Of a DNA stretch of 64,000 nucleotides, positions 56,966 through 64,000 are shown piece by piece. Position 1 is the stretch's first letter. Every line of letters begins with the position of its first letter. Made by a program: the position numbers and the translations under genes. The DNA lies in contig NC_058368.1 of the NCBI RefSeq assembly GCF_018350175.1, positions 159,900,001 to 159,964,000 of the forward strand, given 5' to 3'. Source of the DNA: Felis catus. Its lineage: Eukaryota. The notes below the pieces were generated by a model. It made no database searches. It was not told where the DNA came from and worked only from the letters and a program-made list of their open reading frames with translations.

Positions 56966-57195
56966 GGGGCGCCTGGGTGGCGCAGTCGGTTAAGCGTCCG
57001 ACTTCAGCCAGGTCACGATCTCGCGGTCCATGGGTTAGTGCCCCGCGTCAGGCTCTGGGCTGATGGCTCAGAGCCTGGAGCCTGTTTCCGAGTCTGTGTC
57101 TCCCTCTCTCTCTGCCCCTCCCCCATTCATGCTCTGTCTCTCTCTGTCCCAAAAATAAATAAACGTTGGAAAAAAAAAAAAATTAAAAAAAAAAA
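56966..57195 (+). mobile_element. Young SINEC_Fc-like element
   Basis: CpG-rich, long A tail, perfect TSD aagagaaatacaa. Confidence 0.95.
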
Positions 57196-57405
57196 AAGAG
57201 AAATACAAAATTAAAATAAAGACTAGAGAATAGAAAAATTACTTTGCTGCTAAATATAAGGTCAAGAAGAAAAAAGGGAATAATGACAAATAGAAATGTT
57301 TAAAACAGATATATTATCTTGAAAATACAGTTTATTAAAAAATCTATACTTCATTTACACAAGAATTTCACAGGTAATTTTGTAAAGATCCGATGAAATT
57401 TGTCA

Positions 57406-57585
<180 letters not shown>

Positions 57586-58118
57586 CTAGGAAACAATAAA
57601 TTACAATGGTTAGAGCATGTGAGCATGTGCAAAGAATCAACCAAATGAAACAAAATGCCCCACTTAAAACTTTAGCTTCTTTAATTATTGAAAATTGAGA
57701 TTTTGTATTTTTATAATGTTGAAAAAGTTTATCTCAGTTTCCAAAATTTTCTAGAACCTTTTCTAGGATCATTTTTATCTACGATTTAAGCTAAAATTTT
57801 CCTTGCCATTTAGCACCTAGATTTTCATTGTGTTTTGGGGAAAGGGGGGGCGTGTTTCACTATATTTGCTAGTTATTACACTACTTCTCCAAAAATCTCA
57901 GCTGAAAAACAATACATTGAAAGCAGTAGCAACTAAGCAGCTAAAGGTTAAAAGAAAACAGATTTTAATTTATATGTATCAGCCACTGAACCTAGCTCTT
58001 TTAAAGCACTACTGTGGTTGAATGGCAATTGTGGCCGTCTTCACACCTCATCTGTCTACCAGAAGCAATAGGAAGTGTAAACTCTAAGCTCAAGATGCCT
58101 TTCTTAAGACTATCATTT

Positions 58119-58340
58119 GGGGTGCCTGGGTGGTTCAACAGGTTAAGCATCCGACTTCAGCTGGGGTCATGATCTTGTGGTCCGTGGGTTCAAGCCCCAG
58201 GTCAGGCTCTGTGCCGAGAGCTCAGAGCCTGGAACCTGCTTGAGATTCTATGTCTCCCTCTTTCCCTGCCCCTCCTACACTCGTGCGGTGTCTTTCTCAC
58301 TCAAAAATAAACATTAAAATATATATATATTTATTAAAAA
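58119..58340 (+). mobile_element. Can-SINE
   Basis: TSD actatcattt. Confidence 0.9.
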
Positions 58341-58639
58341 ACTATCATTTGCCATATCACAAATTCAGTATCATAATGTGAATTTTTGTCATTTAAGAAT
58401 ATACTAAGGGATTTTTCCTGGATAACTCTTGGTAGTCCATACAAATCCATTTTTAGAAAAATGATCAAAATAATTGTATGAATTATAATTCTGAAGGCTT
58501 TTTTAATAAAGACAAAGAAAATAATTAACACCATTATTTAATATACCATAACCAAAGAAAACTTCTAACCAATATATTAAAGCATCATGCCATTTTCAGT
58601 TATAACTGAAATAAACATTTCTAGAATTTTGCTTTACTA

Positions 58640-58939
<300 letters not shown>

Positions 58940-59113
58940 TTATGAAGTTCACAACTGGATATACTATGGTCCAAACATCGTTCAGAAGACTCGTGAACTT
59001 TGTTCATAAGACTAAGAATCTGATCAATATACAGTAAAGGCTTAATGTAACACAGTGAGTATAGTGTATTAATCCTTTTCCCCCCAAAGTTACTTCAAAA
59101 TGGTTAACTATCA

Positions 59114-59327
59114 GGGCACCCGGGTGGCTCAGTGAAGCGTCTGACTTCAGCTCAGGTCATGACCTCATGGTTTGTGAGTTCAAGCCCCGCATCGGGCTCT
59201 GTACTGACAGCTCAGAGTCTGGAGCCTGTTTGACACTGTCTCCTTCTCTCTTTGCCCTTCCCCCACTCACGCTCTGTCCCCCTCTCTCTCTCTCTCTCAA
59301 AAATAAACATTAAAGAAAAATTTTTTT
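59114..59327 (+). mobile_element. Can-SINE
   Basis: TSD aatggttaactat. Confidence 0.9.
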
Positions 59328-59961
59328 AATGGTTAACTATTATCTATATTAACCTTCCAACAAATCTTAGTATATTAGGCAATCAATATGTAGACTTATA
59401 AAAAAACCTCATGAGCATACCTGGTTTAACCACAATGCCTTCTCTAAATTACAGTTAACACAATACAATTACAACTTGTAGAAAAATTATAGGTAGATTT
59501 TATTAGTCCAAACTATTTATATAACTATGTGAACATTTCCTCTCATTATGATGTACTTTGTCTTCTACCACCTTTTATTTTCTTCATTTTTATAAGATTA
59601 GTCTTTGAAGGAACTTGGAATACTTTATCTCTGATTCGCCTCAAAACGATAGGAAATGGGAATGTCTAGAGATAAAATAAGACTGGCTATCTGAATTGAA
59701 AACAAAGCTGAGTGTTGGGGGTTTATTATGTCATCCTCTTTTTGTATATGCTTGAGATTTTCCATAATACAAACCTAAAATTCATGCAATGAATGTTTTT
59801 TTTTTTTAATGTATGGCACTTACAGTTTTACCATAAATTTCTGAAAATCCAAATGCAGGTAGCCATGGATTTTATGCAATTAAATGTTTAAACAGATATT
59901 AGGATAGATATTCTCTTTCTGATTCTTTGAAACATTATGTATAATTCTGACATACATAATT

Positions 59962-60146
59962 TTTTTCTAATGTTTATTTTTGAGAACGAGAGACAGAGCA
60001 TGAGCAAGGGGAGGGGCAGAGAATCCAAAGCTGGCTCCAGGCTCCCAGCTGTCAGCACAAAGCCTGACGTGGGGCTCAAACTCACAAACTGAGAGTTCAT
60101 GACCTGAGCCAGAGTCGGATGCTTAACTGAGCCATCCAGGTGCTCC
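59962..60146 (-). mobile_element. Can-SINE
   Basis: TSD gacataYataattt. Confidence 0.9.
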
Positions 60147-60585
60147 GACATATATAATTTATCTAAAGGGCAATTAATATTCTTCCACATGGGGGAAAAG
60201 AGAGGGTGTGTCCTAAAACTTTCTTTTTCTGGCCTCTACCTCTGTCAATTATGTAACTATCATAATTATATAATAATGCCTTAGTATCACTAACACTTAA
60301 GTAGTCAGTATTAACTAATATTTAACAGAAACCCTATGTATGTTAAAAGAGCATAAAGTAGACAAATGCAATTAATGATGATTTAATTAATCTTAGGTTA
60401 CCCGTTATCTTGGACAAGTTGATCTCTCTTTGCTTCAATATGTCATAATATAAACCTATTTTAATATTCAAGAATTGTTATTGCTCTAAGACCCTACTGG
60501 GAGGAGAGACAGCACCTCCATGAGACAAGGATAGGGGGATTATTTAGAATTAAAGGTCCAGAACATGTGCTCTGTTTACAGCTTA

Positions 60586-60801
<216 letters not shown>

Positions 60802-61492
60802 TCACTGAAAAAGTCATACTGCATATGAAAATTTTCAGGGTAGTCACATATAAGCAAAATATAGACTTTCAGGAAAAGACTAGCTAACATTAGTCACTTC
60901 TAAGGACTATCCTTCCCAAGAAACCCATCTTATATCTACATAAAGGTGAAAAATAGGTTATTTTATGAAAATTAGGATTCTCCTGGAGTTAAAGATATTA
61001 AATAAAATATTTTCAAGTACAGAATTGTCACTAAAATATTTCTCAAAGAATATATTAAAGTTCTGAATCTACCGAAAGAGAGCAATTTTGTGATCTTGGA
61101 CAAGTTATTTATCCTTATCTAGTCTAGTTTTCCCCATTTAGAAAAAGGGATTACCAGTACCTTATTACTGTTGTTATTGCTAATATTAAGTACTAAAAAT
61201 GATACTGTTTGTTTTTCAAGCAAAGTATATTTTGAACATGGGCAGAATCAACTGGTGTAATTTATTACACATGACTCAAGCTTATTTATTTACAAATTTG
61301 AAAAGTTAAAATATTATTAGAAATGTGAAATGCTGCATCGCCCCCCTTTTTTTTCCTTCTTAAAAATCTGTACTCTAATGTTCAAGGATAATTAATACTT
61401 CTTACAGACCTTATTACTACCTATACTAATATTTTCTTGCTAAGCTTAACATTCAAAACTAACATTAAAATTGCATATCCTAACTTATCTTA

Positions 61493-61708
<216 letters not shown>

Positions 61709-62463
61709 TTAATGTTTTAAGAGAAAAGTGAAATTCAAATTATTAAACTGAGGCAAATTAAAATTGAGAACATGCTTTTGTCTTGTTTTCAGATAAAAAC
61801 TACGTATTATTTCAAGATTTATTGGAATCTTCAAATCAAGTAACTCAACATGCAAAATAAAGTTCCCACCATGACTAATTCACCCAATGGAAAACAGAGC
61901 ATAATAGCATACACATTCTAAAAAAAAAAAAAAAAGAGAGAGAAAAAAAATAAAAAAATTTAAATGATAACTATCATTTAAAATAGTTATCATTTAAAAA
62001 TTTTTACAAAAGATTTTTAGCCGAAGGGCAGCAGAAGCTTCTATTAGTGTCAATTTGGAGAAAGTAAGATATAAATTTGGAAGTGTCTTTACTCGAAGTG
62101 TAGGAATAATTCACTGTATGACCTTTAAACACTGTGGATCTGTGTATATAAATATCGGTCTCTGACTTAAAACAGAGACAGGCCAGATTCTACTATTTAG
62201 TGGTTGTATGATCCAAGAGACAAGCTCAATAACCACTTTGAGACATGATTTTTCTTTCCAATAAAGTAGAGATGACAGCAGGATCTTACATAATAGATTA
62301 GAATTACTTGACATATTAACTATAAAGAATTAAATAAGACAACATCTATCAAGCATTCAGTACAATGCTTCATCCATGGGTAGCTTAATCCTTTTAGGTA
62401 TTCTCCTCCGCTTTCAAAGACCTTACAAATCAAAGCACTATGCCAAACTCGTTGCATGTAAGT

Positions 62464-62653
62464 CAGCAGTTGGCAAACTTTTCCTGTAAAGACTCACATG
62501 AAGTATTTTAGCTTGTGCAGACAAATGTGTGGTGACCTGTGCTGCATATTCTTTGGTTTTTACACTCACTAAAAATGTAAACAATATTCTTAATTCAAAG
62601 GTCATAAAAAATAAACCAGATCTGACCCACAGGATGTAGTCTGCTGACCCCTG
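62464..62653. mobile_element. MER58A/C-like hAT MITE
   Basis: TIRs cagcagttggcaaact / agtctgctgacccctg; degenerate 8-bp TSD atgtaagt/atttaaat. Confidence 0.65.
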
Positions 62654-62671
62654 ATTTAAATTATCTTCTCA

Positions 62672-62830
<159 letters not shown>

Positions 62831-63491
62831 CTATCAAGAAATTTTAAAGATAATTTTAAGATAATCATTATGAAAAGTATACTTGTACTTGAATATCTAA
62901 AATAAAATCTGCTCAAAATACACAAAAAACAATGTGTATGTTTATGTAATAAAATCATTTTAATTATTTTATTTAAATTTTCATTAAAAATCATTTTATT
63001 CTTAACAATGCCTAACAAGCTGCACTAATCTTACTTATAAATAAAATGTAAATGCCACAGCATATCAAAACGTACAAAAAAATAGCAGATATATTTTTCT
63101 TACACATTTTCCACTAAAGGAAGTTCTCATTTAACAAAACATAAGTGATTAATTCATTTAATAACATGGCATTTATGGATGAAATGATATTCAGGTTTGC
63201 TTCACAATATCTGGGAGGAAACAAAACTGGCAATGCATTAAAACTGTGAAGCTGGAGATGAGTAACATGGAGGTTTATTATACTCTTCTGTCTGCTTTCA
63301 TGTGTATCTGAAATTTTCCACAACAAATTAGGAGAAAAAATTATTTCATAAAGTAACACTCAACTGAAAACTGACTTTTAGTATTCAGCCAATTAAACAC
63401 GTATTGAGCACTTACTTGTGGCAAGTTTTACTCTAAAAATTAAGACTACAAAGACACATACAATACCTATCCTGAAAGACAAGTATATCTA

Positions 63492-63758
<267 letters not shown>

Positions 63759-64000
63759 TTACGTATGCAATAAAGATTCAAATTTGTAAAGAAACTTTTT
63801 TACATAACCTATGTACAAATTTATATGAATAGTTAAAATAAATCTGACAGGTATACAAACAATACACCACTTTTATTACCTATAAATAATAAATGTAAAT
63901 AAAGGCCTTTGTAATAGTTTAAGTGGACAAAGTTTACCATTTTAGTACAAAAGAAGCTTAAAGATTAACGTATTATTTTTAATCAGTTATGCAGCCAAGA

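Overview
Mammalian genomic DNA, most likely from a felid: it carries near-consensus cat-type Can-SINE (SINEC_Fc-like) copies and felid-type L1 ends. The minus strand holds the 3' ~70% of CHD1 (SNF2-family chromatin remodeler). I traced 25 exons with GT-AG boundaries that splice into one uninterrupted frame of 1214 codons plus stop (ATPase lobes, SANT-SLIDE DNA-binding domain, CHCT/DUF4208, HSDHR tail), plus an in-frame 264-nt (88-aa) charged cassette exon. The 5' exons, including the chromodomains, lie beyond position 64000. The 3'UTR runs from 23568 down to about 21100 with tandem poly(A) signals. Positions 1-20700 are repeat-rich intergenic DNA: a collapsed ERV1 with its 3' LTR, an MLT2 solo LTR, old L1/L2, hAT MITEs and SINEs. 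I found no prokaryote-style novel system. The best leads are two candidate NMD poison exons in CHD1 introns, the 88-aa cassette exon, an orphan L1 5'UTR insertion flanked by a 19-bp duplication, inverted SINE pairs around frame-shifting exons, and 3'UTR regulatory architecture. Repeat subfamily names and human comparisons are from recall, not database searches.
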